A stretch of DNA of 64,000 nt from Mobula hypostoma (GCF_963921235.1 NC_086097.1:45944001-46008000), one strand, 5' to 3'; numbered from the stretch's first letter, positions 12,834-27,514 are shown. Made by a program: numbers and translations. The notes: generated by a model not told the origin, from the sequence alone.

Positions 12834-14000
12834 AGGAGATTACAAGTAGGATAGATAAAGGGGATGCAGTGGATGTTGTATATTTGGACTTTCAGAAGGC
12901 CTCTGATAAGGTGCCACACACAAGGCTGTTTACCAAGTTAAGAGCCCATGGTATTACAGGAACGACACTGGCACAGCTGATTGGTAGGAGGCAGCGAGTG
13001 GGAATAAAAGGATCCTTTTCTAGTTGGTTGCCAGTGTCTAGTGGTGTTCTGCAGGGGTCAGTGTTGGGACTGCTTTTTATGCTGTATATCAATGATTTAG
13101 TTGATGGAATAGATGGCTTTGTTGCCAAATTTGCAGATGATACAAAGATTGGTGGAGGGGTAGGTAATGTTGAGGAAATGGGTAGGCTGCAGCAGGTCTT
13201 GGATAGATTGAGAATAGGCAAGAGGGTGGCAAATGAAATACAATGTTGGAAATGCATGGTCATGCACTTTGGTCGTAGAAATAAATGTGCGGACTATTTT
13301 CAAAACGGGGATAAAATCCAAATGAGATGCAAAGGTACTTGGGAGTCCTTGTGCAGAACACCCTAAGGGTTAACTTGCAGGTTGAGTCAGTAGTGAGGAA
13401 AGCAAATGCCATGTTGGCATTCATTTCTAGAGGTCTAGAATACAAGAACATGGATGTGATGCTGAGGCTTTAAAGGACACTAGTGAGGCCTCACCTTGAG
13501 TATTGTGAACAGTTTTGGACTGACATTGGAGAAGATTCAGAGGAGGTTCACAAGGATGATTCTGGGAATGAAGTGGTATTCATATGAGGAATGTTTTTAT
13601 GGCTCTGGGTCTGTACTCACTGGAATTTGGAAGGATAAGGGGGAAATCTCATTGAAATCTTTCAAATCTTGAAAGGCCTAGACAGAGTAGATGTGGATAG
13701 GATGTTTCTGATGATGGAGGAGTCTAAGAGGAGGGCACAGCCACAGGATAGAGGGGCACCCAGGTTCAAAGAAATTTCTTTAGCCAAAGGAAAATGAATT
13801 TATTACCACAGGCAGCTGTGGAGGGCAGGCTGCTGGGTGTATTTAAGGCAGAGATGGATGGGTTCTTGATTGGCCATGGCATCAAAGCATATGGAGGGAA
13901 GGCTAGGGAGGGGGGTGGGGAGGATCAGCCATGATTGAATGGCGGAGTAGATTTGATGGGTCAAATAGCCTAGTTCTGCTCCTATGTCTTATGGTCTTAT
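12834..14000 (+). mobile_element. CR1-type LINE, 5'-truncated RT region and 3' tail
   Basis: VDVVYLDFQKASDKVPH, SGVLQGSVLG, AKFADDTKIGG; tail ..gctcctatgtcttatggtcttat. Confidence 0.9.
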
Positions 14001-15639
14001 ATTGTCATAGTGCTGACAGCAGGACTGGTGTTACATTTATCAGGTGCACACGCTAGGCTAATTTTATATTTGCACACTCTGGGACAGTGGCATTCTTTGA
14101 CACATCCTGTTCGTTGCTTCCGTTTTCAGGAGGGGACCCGACTGATGGGTGGGATGCCTTAATAAAAAGCTGCCAGTTTTTGGTGGAACATGCTGAATGC
14201 TGGCTCAGTGGAAGAGCTCATTTTGGGGATAGGGAAATGTGCTGGCTCCTGGGAAATGGTTATTACAAATAAACTCCTCTTGGTCTTCCAGCCAGGTACA
14301 GGTAATAAACGAAGGCGAAGAAGAGTTTATTCATCATATACACTGGGAAAGCACTAGATCCTTTTTGGATAGTTATTGATTGATTTGTTGCACAATGTTG
14401 TGATGAATGTATTTGTGGGACAATTGTGATCATGAAAAAGGATGGGAATTCCTGAATTTTGGTTTTTGTGTAATTGTTCAGGCTCATGGTAACAACTCAC
14501 CCACATTCCAAAGAGTGGGCCATCCCTTTTCTCCTAGAGTAATGAGATTCTGACTTAAAGGTTCATTTTGGTGAGAGTGGCGAAGGGAGAGGGTGTATGG
14601 TAAGGTGAGGCACATTACTTCACAGAGTTGTTTGGGGCCATATTCCTATAGGTTATGATATATATCTACACTTTCCCTTTTTGTCATGTTTGCACTTTTT
14701 CTAAATGTTTTTCACCTCTGGCATGCCGTAAGCACCTTTGCACGGAAAGTGCTATTGCAGCCTGCTGTCTGATTTTTAAAGTCCAAACCTTCATAAGGGC
14801 ACACAGCTCTCACCAAAATGCTGTGTGACAATCCTTATGGAGCATTTGTAATGTGAGTTAATGATTCAAGTTATTATTTAAAATACACTAAACATGAATA
14901 CAACTTCAATTTTATACCTTAGCAAGAAATTCTGCACAATTAATGGAAGGTGTGCATTTATACAATTTTTTTTGCAACAAATTTTTTTATGTTGGACTCT
15001 TGAAGTTGGGGAAGCAGGAGCAAATTGCATGTGCACACTCCAAAACACTATGATTTTGAGTTTTTGATCTTACGGTCTTAGAATGGAACTTCATTGTGAT
15101 AGCTTTTGATTGTAAGGCAGCTCTTGTTTTGCTCTTTTTTTTTAAGGATGTAACAACACTGGTGGCAGTCCAAAGGAACTTCACTTGATCAATTCCTGGG
15201 ATGAGATGGTTGGCCTATCAGGAGCGGATAATGAAGTTGAATCTTTTGAATTTAGGAGATTAAGGGTGATCTTAATGAAGCACAAGATCTGAAGAGGGCA
15301 TGGCATTCTACAGGTAGAGATGTTTTCAAGAGTGGGTAAATCAAACCAGGGTATGTGTCCACAATAAAGGGAAAGTCAATTAAAGCTTTGGGGAGTGTTC
15401 CATAACATTACTGATTTGTACTGCCTTTGGAAAGACTTTGGAGTGTTAGACACCAAGGTCTATTTATGCAAGTGGGACCAGTTGAGTTTCTGACCAGTGT
15501 TGACCCCAAGATGTTAACAGCTGTGGTGATGGTAATGCTGCTGTGCCTTGATAATCATTGCCTGACATTTTTCTGAACTAATTGTTATGTGCCACCTATT
15601 AGCCCATGCATACATATTGTCTAGGGTCCATTTAAAGTG

Positions 15640-15775
15640 GAGGTTGATAGTAAGGGCACCAAAGGTTATGGGGAGAAGGCAGGAGAATGGGGTTGAGAAG
15701 GATAATAAATCAGCTGTGATGGAATGGCAGAGCAGACTCAATGGACAAAATGGCCTAGGTCTTGTGGTCTTCTAT
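15640..15775 (+). mobile_element. CR1 3' tail fragment
   Basis: aaggttatggggagaaggcaggagaatggggttga..atggcagagcagactcaatgg, the same tail as other CR1 copies in the window. Confidence 0.7.
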
Positions 15776-16789
15776 AAGTGAACGTGAACAACTTGATTTT
15801 CTCAGTTGCTGTGTGTGAATGAAATTATAATTGTCAGTTAATCTTAAAACAATTCTGACCTTATGGTGAAGGAAGATCATTAATTAAACAGCTAAGCATA
15901 GCTGGACCTATTAACTCCTTCAGTGATGTCCATAGGTTGGGATTATTGGCATCAAACAACCACAACTATCTTCTGTGTTTTTTTTTGAGGATGTTTAACT
16001 TCGCACTTGGAGTGCTTTCCCTTTTGTGCTCAGATTTTTCGGTGATTCTCTGTCATTCTCAGATGCCACCTTGATGTCAAGAGCAGTAACCTCACTACTC
16101 ATTAGAAATAAAGCCTACTGGTCCATTTTTTGGAGCAAGGCTAGATTCAAGTGAATCTGGTAGATTACACACTGGGTTCAGTAACTGGTTATTGCCGTCA
16201 ACATTGCCTTCTGTCATTAATAAGCTGGATTGGTTTAAAAACTTTGAATTGTATGAATTTTTTAAATGCAGAATGCTAAAAATAATTAGTTTTGTGCCTT
16301 TATGGTCAATTATTACAAGTTATTTTCTACAGTTGAGAATCAGATGGCATTGAGGCCATAGTTGGATATTATTTTGTTCAATTCCAATAGATGTCTTAAA
16401 GGTACCTTAAAATAAAGACTCAGCTCTTAAGTAAACAGAATTGATCACTTTGTCTGGTTTAAGTTGTTCACATAACCCTGCTTTTAGCATAATATGCTTA
16501 GTTATGTTTGGTTGGAAAGATCCAAATGAAATAAAGTTCAATCATATCAGATGATAAGGCATTCAAACCATAATTGAAGAGGTCAGAGTTAATGATCTAA
16601 GTTAACAGTTAACTGTTGTAGACATAAATAGCACATTGCAGTAGTTTTTCAGTATGACACATATCTTTATGATTAAAGCTTTATTCCTGTATGGAAACCA
16701 AACTATGCACTCAATCACTGTAAATGATAAAGTTCCACCACAAAGTATTAATTTTTCTAGTTTGTAAAATTTTTTACCCTAAGACTGAG

Positions 16790-18812
16790 ATATCAAGTCG
16801 TCACTTTTTATTGTCATTTCGACCATACAGTGCACAGTAAAAATGAGATGTTCTTGAGGACCATGGTGCTACATGAAACAATACAAAAACTACACTGAAC
16901 TACGTAAAAACAACACAAAAACTACACCAGACTACAGACCTACCCAGGGCTGCATAAAGTGCATGAAACAGTGCAGGCATTACAATAAACCATAAACAAG
17001 ACAATAGGCACAGTAGAGGGCAGTAGGTTGGTGTCAGTCCAGGCTCTGGGTATTGAGGAGTCTGATGGCCTGGGGGGAAGAAACTGTTACATAGTCTGGT
17101 CGTGAGAGCTCGAGTGCTTCGGTGCCTTTTGCCAGATGGCAGGAGGGAGAAGAGTTTGTGTGAGGGGTGCGTGGGGTCCTTCATAATGCTCTTTGTTTTA
17201 CAGATGCAGCGTGTGGTATAAATGTCTGTAATGGCGGGAAGAGAGACCCTGATGATCTCAGCTGACCTCACTATCTGCTGCAGGGTCTTGTGATCTGAGA
17301 TGGTGCAATTTCTGAACCAGGCAGTGATGCAGCTGCTCAGGATGCCCTCAATACAACCTCTGTAGAATGTGGTGAGGATGGGGGGTGGAAGATGGACTTT
17401 TCTCAGCCTTTGCAGAAAGTAGAGATGCTGCTGGGCTTTCTTTGCTATGGAGCTGGTGCTGAGGGACCAGGTGAGATTCTCCGCCAGGTGAACATCAAGA
17501 AATTTGGTGCTCTTAACAGTCTCTACGGTTGAGTCGTCGATGTTCAGCGGAGAGTGGTCGCTCCGTGTCCTCCTGAAGTCAACAATCGTTAAAATCATCT
17601 CTTTTGTTTTGTTCACATTCAGAGACAGGTTGTCAGCTCTGCATCAGTCCGTTAGCCGCTGCACCTCCTCTCTGTATGCTGACTCATCATTCTTGCTGAT
17701 GAGACACACCATGGTCATGTCATCGGCGAACTTGATGATCTGGTTTGAGCTGTGTGTTGCAGCACAGTCGTGGGTCAGCAGAGTGAACAGCAGTGAACTG
17801 AGCACACAGCCTGGGGGGCCCCCGTGCTCAGTATGATGGTGTTGGAGATGCTGCTCCCGATCCGGACTGACTGAGGTCTCCCAGTCAGGAAATCTAGGAT
17901 CCAGTTGCAGAGGGAGATGTTCAAGCCCAGTAGGCTCAGCTTTCCAATCATTTTCTGAGGAATGATTGTGTTGAATGCTGAACTGAAGTCTATGAACAGC
18001 ATCCGAACGTACGTGTCTTTTTTTGTCCAGGTGGGTTAGGGTCAAATGGAGGGTGATGGAAATGGCGTCATCTGTTGAACGGTTGGGATGGTACGCGAAC
18101 TGCAGGGGTTCCAGTGAAGGGGGCAGCGGGGTCTTGATGTGCCTCATGATGAGCCTCTCGAAACACTTCATGACGATGGATGTGAGTGCGACGGGACGGT
18201 AGTCATTGAGGCAGGACGCTGAAGACTTCTTCGGCATGGGGACGATGGTGGCGGCCTTGAAGCACGTAGGAATGATGGCGCTGCTCAGGGAAATGTTGAA
18301 GATGTTGGTGAGAATCTCTGCTAGCTGGTCTGCACATCCTCTAAGCACTCTGCTAGGAATATTGTCTGGTCCAGCAGCCTTCCGTTGGTTGACCCTGCAC
18401 AGGGTTCTCTTCACATCTGTCACAGTAAGACATAGCACCTGGTCATTTGGAGGAGGAGTGGTCTTCCTTGCTGCCATGTCATTTTCCGCCTCAAAACAAG
18501 CATAGAAGTTGTTCAGCGTATCTGGAAGGGAGGATTCACCAGCACAGGCAGGTGATGTCTTGTACTTGATATCCTGAATGCCCTTCCACATGCGCCACAT
18601 GTCGCCACTGTCCTGGAAGTGGCTATGGATTTGCTGGGCGTGTGCACACTTTGCCTCTCTGATGGGCATGGCCTGGCCGGGACAGGTTGGCCCTCACTGT
18701 TGTTAGGGCTGCCTTGTTGCCTGATCTGAAGGCGGAATCATGGGGCCTCAGCAGTGCACGCACCTCCGCTGTCATCCATGGCTTCTGGTTAGCGCATGTA
18801 GTGATGGTCTTG
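16790..18812 (-). mobile_element. Rex1/Babar-like LINE, frameshifted RT
   Basis: ORFs 17644-18669, 17775-18002 and 16900-17616: [58 protein letters not shown]. Confidence 0.92.
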
Positions 18813-18814
18813 GA

Positions 18815-19275
18815 CACAGTGAGGGAAAAAAAATTAGGGATGGGGTAAAAAGGAGAGGAGGGGCATTAATGGAAGTTAGAGAAATCATTGTTGATGCTCC
18901 ATCTCCCCTTCTTACCCCATCCTTATTTTTTTCTCTCGTTCCCTCTCACAATAACTCCTTGCCTGCTCTCCATCCTCCTCTGGTACTCCCCTCCCCCATT
19001 CTTTCTTCCTAGGCCTTCTGTCCTATGATACTCCCCCTTCTCCAGCCTTGTACCCCTTTTGCCTATCAACTGTCCAGCTCTTGGCTCTATCCCTCCCCCA
19101 CCTGTCTTCTCCTATCATTTTGGGTCTCCCCTCCCCCTCCCACTTTCAAATCTCTTACTATCTCTTTTTTCCATTCATCCTGACGAAGGGTCTCGACCCG
19201 AAACTTCGACTGTACTTTTTCCTATAGATGCTGCCTGGCCTGCTGTGTTCACCAGCATTTTGTGTGTGTTGCTTT
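18815..19275 (+). mobile_element. PLE 3' terminus with a short inverted 5' segment and variant hammerhead (19175-19212)
   Basis: 18815-18895 is the PLE ORF end in reverse orientation; then a pyrimidine-rich UTR, CTGACGA-AGGGTCTCGACCC-GAAAC-TTC-GACTG and the gatgctgcctggcctgctg tail. Confidence 0.8.
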
Positions 19276-20854
19276 CTGTAGCATCCTCTTTAAATAGTCA
19301 CCCTAATACTCATAATTAAACTATAGTAATATATTGTACCCAATCATTAATGAATTCCATGAAATCATTAGTTTCAAAAATGTATGCATTTTGTAAGTTT
19401 TATGTATAGCTTTGAAGCAATTTGTGAAAAATCAGATTTCCCTGTCAGACATAACCTGTATACAAGTATATATTTTTAATTTATCTAATTAAGTATTGTC
19501 AAGGGAAGAAAAAGGTGGTCAGCCTTGCAATGTAATGGTTTCAAATTATTTCTAGCTTACTATCTAAAGTGATGATATGGATGTTTTTGGATATGTATCA
19601 TGCCCTGTTAAGCCTGGTATTTTTACTATGTGTTTTTATAAACAATACCAACTCTATTTTTGACTAATTAAGTGCAGGAAATCTCTAAAGGTAAATGCTA
19701 TATTATTTGAAAATTCCTGCTTTTTCAGTATATGCCATTGCTATTTTAGTATGTAGGTTGTTTGGACCCGACATGGATCCAACCTTGGGGGAGGTGGGGT
19801 GTGGGGGGGGGGGAATGTTGTCAATGTGAATCTTGTGTAATGTATTATTACATGGTGTGACGTGATGCTGCTGTCCAGTGGTTTGGGAAGGATATCTGAC
19901 TGGGAGTTCTGTTTTTGAAATAAGTAGTTGTAAGGCTGTATTCTGGACTGGTTCCAAATTAGCAGTTGGCCTACTACTGTCTAAATACTACTGTCTAAAA
20001 CAATTAAGTGGGGCTTTCCTGCACCAAGCCTCAGGTGCTTCCTGTCTAATGCTTCAGGTGGCATGCAGGAACTTTCCAGAATTGTAGTTGGCTTTTTATC
20101 TGTGTTTTATCATTAGCAAAGAAGATTACTATAATTGTGTATAGAATTTCTGGGTGGTGGACAGATGAGGTGTTGCTTGGCAATAATCAGAACAAAATGC
20201 CAGATAAGTTGCACTATCACTGCAATCAATAACTAATTCATGAAATCTATTAGATTTCTCATTATCTACAATGGTTGAAGGACAATAAGTCAGTAACATG
20301 CAGGAAATTACAAAAATGTTTCAAACACAGATTGGAGAAAGCTCAGTTGCTGCTTGGTCAGAAATTGGTTGTAGATTAAGAGTGTAGTGGCATTTCTGAG
20401 TTGAGACTCAAAAGCAGTCAATTTCTAAACATCATTAAGAACATGTGATATTTTATTGTATATATTTGACTAAATAATTTCCTGAAGTACTGCCCACAAT
20501 AAATTGAAAAAATGTTTCCATATACAGTCTTCATTTTGCCACTGAATCGAGAACTATACCCACTAATTCGTATTGTATTGTTTCCTGTTTGGTGGTCTAA
20601 AGCAGAGCAGATGATGAATACATCCTGTCAGTTTTACCGCCTTGTACCACAAGAAAGAAAACTTGCCCAGTGAAATTGCACTTATCAGTGGAAAATGAAA
20701 TTTTCCAACAGGACTCAACTGAAAATATTGAAAATAAATTTTGGTGATGTACAACTGCCTGAAGGTTCAAGTTGAAATGTGTTCTGGTTTATTGTAAGAG
20801 ATACTCAGGCTGAGCCAAGCTAATACAGAAGAGTTTCCAGGCAAGCTGGCCTTG

Positions 20855-22375
20855 GTGGCCATGGGTTCTCCAGGCCTGTGCAAGCGAGCTAGCTGGAGTG
20901 TTTGCTGACATCTTCAACTGCTCCTTGCTTCAGTCTAAGATCCCCTCATGCTTTAAGAAGGCAACGATAATCCCAGTGCCGAAGAAGAGCAAGGTGGCAT
21001 GCCTGAATGATTATCGACCTGTGGCTCTGACATCAATTGCTATGAAGTGCTTCGAGAGATTGGTTATGGCATACATCAACCACAGCCTACCGGTCAACCT
21101 CAACACTTTGCAATTCGCATACCGGAGCAACAGGTCAACCGCAGATGCCATCTCTCTGGCCCTACATTCCTCCTTAGAACACCTGGAGAATAAGACTCTT
21201 TTTCATTGACTACAGCTCTGCCTTTAATACTATCATTCCAAATAAACTGATTCCTAAACTCCGGAACCTGGGCCTTAGCACTGAGATCTGCAGCTGGATC
21301 TTCAACTTCCTCACAGACAGGACCCAGGCTGTAAAAATAGGGGACAAGCTCTCCTCCACAATCACTCTGATCACCGGTGCCCCACAAGGCTGTGTACTCA
21401 GCCCCCTGCTGTACTCACTGTACACCCATGATTGTGTAGCCAAGTTTCCATCGAACTCAATATATAAGCTTGCTGATGACACAACAATTGTAGGCCGTAT
21501 CTCGGGTAATGATGAGTTTGAGTACAGAGAGGAAATTAAGAACCTGGTGGCATGGTGTGACGACAATAACCTATCCCTCAACGTCAGCAAGACGAAGGAA
21601 TTGGTTGTTGACTTAAGAAGGAGTAGCGGACCGCACGACCCAATTTACATCAGTGGTGCGCAAGTGGAACGGGTCAAAAGCTTTAAGCTCCTTGGGGTCA
21701 ATATCACAAATGACCTGACTTGGTCCAACCGAGCAAAGTTCACTGCCAAGAAGGCCCACCAGTGCCTTTACTTCCTGAGAAAACTAAAGAAATTTGGCCT
21801 GTCCCCTAAAACCCTCACTAATTTTTATAGATGCACCGTAGAAAGCATTCTTCTAGGATGCATCACAACCTGGTATGGAAGTTGTCCTGTCCAAGACCGG
21901 AAGAAGCTGCAGAAGATTGTGAACACGGCGCAGCACATCACACAAACCAATCTTCCGTCCTTAGACTCACTTTATACCGCACGTTGTCGGAACAGTGCTG
22001 CCAGGATAATCAAGGGCACGACCCACCCAGCCAACACACTTTTTGTCCCTCTTCCCTCCGGGAGAAGGTTCAGGAGCTTGAAGACTCATACGGCCAGATT
22101 TAGGAACAGCTTCTTTCCAATTGTGGTAAGACTGCTGAACGGATCCTGACCCGGATCTGGGCCGTACCCTCCAAATATCCGGACCTGCCTCTCGATTACT
22201 TTCCATTTTTCTATTTTCTATTTATGATTTATAATTTAAATTTTTAATATGTACTAATTTTTACTATTTTTAATATTTAATATTTGTAATCCAGGGAGCG
22301 GGAAGCGCAGAATCATATATCGCTGTGATGATTGTACGTGCTAGTATCAATTGTTTGGCGACAATAAAGTGTAAG
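20855..22375 (+). mobile_element. Rex1/Babar-like LINE, 5'-truncated RT
   Basis: ORFs 20898-21209 and 21547-22149: [60 protein letters not shown]; tail acaataaagt. Confidence 0.92.
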
Positions 22376-23535
22376 TATATCAAAGGTTGAAAAGAAAATG
22401 AAGTCAGAAACCTAGTTTGGAGTCTGCTTCCATTATCCACAAAAAAAGGACAGAAAATTGTATTCCCCCTTGGTAAGTCAGAGTGGAAACTGGATAACAG
22501 GAACTGGCCCAAAGAAATGCGTCATCCAGTCTCTTCACAATTACAGCATTTTGGTTCTACCTCGAATCAGCTGATTCTACCAAAATGCTGTGCTTGTGAA
22601 GTAATTGGTTGACAAGAAGTGTGTGCAAGGCTTGATGCATTTCTAAAAGAAATTATATATTCCTCACACTTTTTCCGTGAAGTATTTTTGTTCACTGACA
22701 CACGCAACCTATAGGTAATAACCGACAGAAACCTAACTCTGTCCATCACACAAGTGTTAGGGCAATAATAGCAGGTTTGCTATGCTACAGTTAGTGACTT
22801 AGCAACTGTATTAAGGGCAGGTTTCAATGCAGGTTCAGTGTGTTTAAGGTGCACCTGCAAAAGCAGACTTGTATAAACTACTGTGCACATCTTGCCTTTT
22901 TAGCAAAGAGTTTCTATATTTTTTTCATTCTAGAACCATGTGTTCTGTATGTTCTTCCAAGTTACCAGCTCAAGCCTGACTTTCCACTCACACTTACTAA
23001 CAATTTATGGGCACAGCAGGAGAATCGATTTCCTGCCTCCACTTCATCTCTAATAGCCTATTATGGTGCTATTCTAGGTTATGAAACGTCCTTTGGGTAG
23101 GGAGGGAACACAATTGATGAACTAAGCAGGCTTGAAAACATTGTGATTCATAAAGGTGTCAGTTCATAGAAAATAAGCTGTTGAAACTAACCAACAAGCC
23201 TATTAACTTTATAGTGTAATGACAGAAAAGAGAAATGCAGAGAGCAATAATACCTTTAAAGTGTCATCCTCCAAGTAGCATGTACCCATCCAAACACCAA
23301 CAATGAGACCTTATTCAAATATAAATACAGAGTACGTGCAAAACCTTACTGTTATTCTCACCTAAGAAATGTGAGGAGGTGTAGGATCGGACAGGTGAGA
23401 GTAAACTTCATCAGTTTCTTGCAGGATGGTTGCTTTATATGCACTTTTTCACTCTTTGCAGTCTTACTGATTTGCATGTCAGACTCCGTGAGGAAAGGCA
23501 TCACTACCATCATAAACAAGCAGGAGGAGGAAGAG

Positions 23536-24612
23536 GACCATAAGACACAGGAGCACAATTAGCCCATTTGACCCATTAAATCTGCTCATTAATTCAATCA
23601 TGGCTGATTAATTTTCCCCCTCAACCATTTCTCTTGCTATCTCCATAACCCTTGACACCCTTACTAATCAAGAACTTATCAATCTCTGCTTTAATTATAC
23701 ACAATGACATGGCCACCAATGAATACAATAGATTCAGTACCTTCTGGCTAAAGAAATCCCTGCTCATCTCCTTATCCCTGCTCATGTCTTATTCTGAGGC
23801 TGTTCCCTCTGGTCCTAGGTGCTCCCATTATTGGAAACATCCTCTCCACATCCATTCTAGGCCTTTCAATATCTGATGGGTTTCAATGAGATCCTCACTC
23901 ATTTTCAACTCCAATGAGTACAGGGCTAGAGCCATCAAACACTCATACATTAATCCTTTCAATCCCGGGTTAATTCTTGTGAACCATCTCTAATGCCAGC
24001 ACATCCTTTCAAAAATATGGGGCCCAAAACTGCTCATAATACTCCAGATTTGGCCTGACTCCCAAAGCCTTATAAAGGCCCCACATTACATCCTTACTTT
24101 TATATTGTATACTGTATTTGTCTTTCTTGCTATCGACTCAACCTGCAAGCTAACCTTCAGGGAATCCTACACTAGGACTCCCAAGTCCCCCTGCACCTCT
24201 TGAGTTCTGACTTGAGCCCCTGTTTAGAAAGTAGTGTATGCCTCTATTCCTCCTTTGCCCATTCTCCTGATCTGTCCAAGTTCTTCTTCACAGTACTTCA
24301 ACACTGCCTGCCCCTCCACCTATATTTGTATCACCTGCAAACTTGGCCACAAAGCCATTAATTCTGTCATCCAGATCATTAACATATAGTGCGAAAAGTA
24401 GTGGACTCAACACCAGCCTCTGCAGAACGCTAGTCACCGGCAGCATACCAGAACATTCCCCCTCTATTCCCATTTTTTACTTCCTGCCAGTCTTGTGTCC
24501 GTGCTAGTATCTTTCCTGTAAAATCATGGGCTCTTATTTTGTTTAGCAGCCTCATCTGCAGCACCTTGTCAAAGGCATGAACATCCAAGTAAAGAACATC
24601 TACTGACTCTCC
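23536..24612 (-). mobile_element. CR1-type LINE fragment, degenerate
   Basis: Reverse CR1 tail (accataagacacaggagc) and LSPLLFALYVNDLDDRINGFVAKFAGDTNIGG. Confidence 0.85.
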
Positions 24613-24619
24613 AAGTTTC

Positions 24620-25380
24620 TGTTCACCCAGCTTGGAATCTCTGAAGGTGGAGTGTTGCCCATACTGTCTCTCTCAGGACTTTATTTCAGCTATACCAATG
24701 GCAGTCTGCCTCCCAACCCAGATGGGGATGAAGACTGTATGTACTAAATATGATCAACAGCCTTGAAACAAGGTCCCTTTAATCACCAGTGACTTCAACC
24801 AGGCCATCACTCTTGAGGATGTAGTTCCCAAATACTACCAGCACATCTCCTGTTCCCCCAGGGGCCCAAACACCCCCAATCATTGCTATCCAACCATCTG
24901 AGTGCCCTCCTTTCTCTCCCAACCCCCACCTCCCACTACCCACACATTAGTGAGTCCAAGCTCTGCCCTTCTCCCTGCATACAAACAGAAGGTGATCTAG
25001 TACAGAGTCCTACAGTGCTGGTCTGATAGAACAGATGAACTGCTACATGACAGCTTTGAGCCAGTAGACTGGTCCCTGTTCAAAGACTCAGCTGCCAATC
25101 CTGAAGACCCACTGCAATTCACCTACCACTAAACCAGATCTAGAGTGGATGCCACCTCCCTGGCCCTACACTCCTTTTGGGAGCATCTAGACAGCAAAGG
25201 TACCTGTTAGTTTATTGTTGATGGACCACAGCTCCACCTTCAATACTATAATTCCAAACTTCAGGACCTGGGAGTCAACACCTCCCTCTGTAACTCCATT
25301 TCCTGACTAAAATGTCCCAATCAGTAACGATCAGTAGCAACATGTCTGCCATAAGTATTCTCAGCACAGGTTTCCCAGAC
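24620..25380 (+). mobile_element. Highly deleted Rex1-like LINE relic
   Basis: Patches of DFNQA, YYQHISC, VDWSLFKDSA, PLQFTY, ATSLALHS, DHSSTFNTII. Confidence 0.6.
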
Positions 25381-25796
25381 AGTTGCGTGGACCAACCATT
25401 GCTCTGAGCAGAGATTTTTACACGGCATGAAAACTGCGTGCATTTTTTAATAAAACATTGAATGAAAGAAAGTTCCAGTTACACGGCAACGAAAGCTGTG
25501 TGCAAGGGAGCATTTCAGTCGCTGTGCAGCTGCACACCCGCACAGCTTGGGGGAAAGGTGCTGGCAATTCAAAATGGAGCAAGTCCAATCAGTGATAACG
25601 CACAAGTTCCCAGAGACTGGGACAAGAATGTTACGCTTGTCCTGATGACCACCTTTGTATGCAGCCGTGTTGGATGGTGTGTGGATCCAAAATGCATAGC
25701 CACCGAGTGTCCCGATACTAAAGTTCTACCTATCCCTGGCATTACAGAAGAAAGGCCTGCTGTGTTACCACAAATCGTCCCAATCAGTTGGGTGCT

Positions 25797-27510
25797 AAGA
25801 CCATAAGACATAGGAGCAGAATTGGGCCATTTAATCATGGCTGATCCTTTTTTACCCTCTTCTCCGTCCCACTCCCTGGCCATCTCCCCATGATCTTTGA
25901 TGTCGTGTCCAATCAAGAACCTATCAAGCTCTGCCTTAACTACACCCAATGACCTGGCCTCCATGGCTACCTGTGGTAATAAATTCCATAAGTTCACCAC
26001 TCTCTGGGTAAAGAAATTTCTCTGCATCTCTGTTTTAAATGGATGCCCCTCTGTCCTGAAGCTGTGCCCTCTTGCCCTAGACTCCCCCAGCAGGGGAAAC
26101 ATCCTTACCGCATCTACTCTGTCTAGGCATTTCAACATTCCAAAGATTTCAATGAGACCCCCCCACCCCCCATCCTTCTACAAAGTTTGTAAATTCCAGT
26201 GAGTACAGACCCAGAGCTGTTAAACTTTCCTCGTATGGTAACCCTTTCATTCCCGGAATCATCCTTGTGAACCTCCTCTGAACCCTCTCCATTGCCAGCA
26301 CATCTTTTCTTAGATGAGGAGCCCAAAACTATTCACAATACTCAAGCTTCAGCATCACATCCTGGGTCTTGTATTCTAGACCTCTTGAAATTAATTCTAA
26401 AATTGCATTTGACTACTTGCAAGTTAACCTTTAGGTTGTTCTGCACAAAGACTTCCAAGTCACATTGCATCTCAGACTTTTGGATTTTCTCCCCATTTAG
26501 AAAATGGTCTGCACATTTATTTCTTCTACCAAAGTGCATGATCATGCATTTCCCAATATTGTATTTCATTTGCCACTTTCATGCCCATTCTCCTAATCCG
26601 TCTAAGTCCTTCTGCATCCTACCAGTTTCTCAACACTACCTGCCCCTCCTCCAATCTTCGTATCAGCTGCAAACTTGGCAATAAAGCCACCTATTCCATC
26701 ATCAAATCATTGATGTACAACATAAAAAGAAGCGGTCTCAACACCGATCCCTGCAGAACACCACTAATTACTGGCAGCCAACAAGAAAAGGATCCTTTTA
26801 TTCTCACTCGCTGCCTCCTACCAATCAGCCAATGCTCTAACCATGCCAGTAACTCTCCTGTAGTACCATGGGCTCTTAACTTGGTGAGCAGCCTCACATG
26901 GCATCTTGTCAAAGGCCTTCTGGAAGTCCAAATTGACAACATCCACTGCATCCCCTTTATCTATCCTACTTGTAATCTCCTCAAAGAATTCCAACAGGTT
27001 TGTCAGGAAAGATTTTCCCTTGAGGAAACCATGCTGACTTTGCCCTATCTTGTCCTGTGTCATCAAGTACTCCTTAGCCTTATCCTTAACAATTGACTCC
27101 AACATCTTCCCAACCACTAAGGTCAGACTAACTGGTCTATAATTTCCTTTCTGCTGCCTTCCTCCTTTCTTGAAGAGTGGAGTGACATTTGCAATTTTCC
27201 AGTCCTCTGGCTCTATGCCAGAGTCCAATGATTTTTGAAAACTCATTACTTGTGCCTCGACAATCTCCACTGCTACCTCTTTCAGAACTCTAGTGTGCAG
27301 TTCATCTGGCCCGGGTGACTTAACCCGGGTATTCCAACTTTTTGAACATCTTCTTCCTTGTAATAGTAACTTCTCTTCCCTCACACCTTTCAACACCTGG
27401 TACACTGCTAGTGTCTTCCACAGTGAAGACTGATGCAAAATACTCATTTAGTTCATCTCTTGTCTCCCTGTCCCCCATTATTATTTCTCCGGCCTCATTG
27501 TCTAGCGGTC
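25797..27510 (-). mobile_element. CR1-type LINE, RT region
   Basis: KSPGPDELHTRVLKE, EDWKIANVTPLFKKG, NYRPVSLT, SQHGFLKGKS, LDFQKAFDK; CR1 tail at 25797-25900. Confidence 0.92.
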
Positions 27511-27514
27511 AGTT

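Noticed and set aside
14100..14310. Possible extra exon (ttttcag|GAGG ... ACAG|gtaata)
   Set aside because: Splice-like signals only; no recognisable protein and no supporting context.
23350..23535. Coding-looking patch (ORFs 23358-23558 and 23371-23562)
   Set aside because: No recognisable motif in any frame, and it runs into a CR1 tail.
25395..25565. Possible hAT-type MITE end (..cgcacagcttgggggaaaggtg)
   Set aside because: Could not identify a matching second terminus or TSD with confidence.
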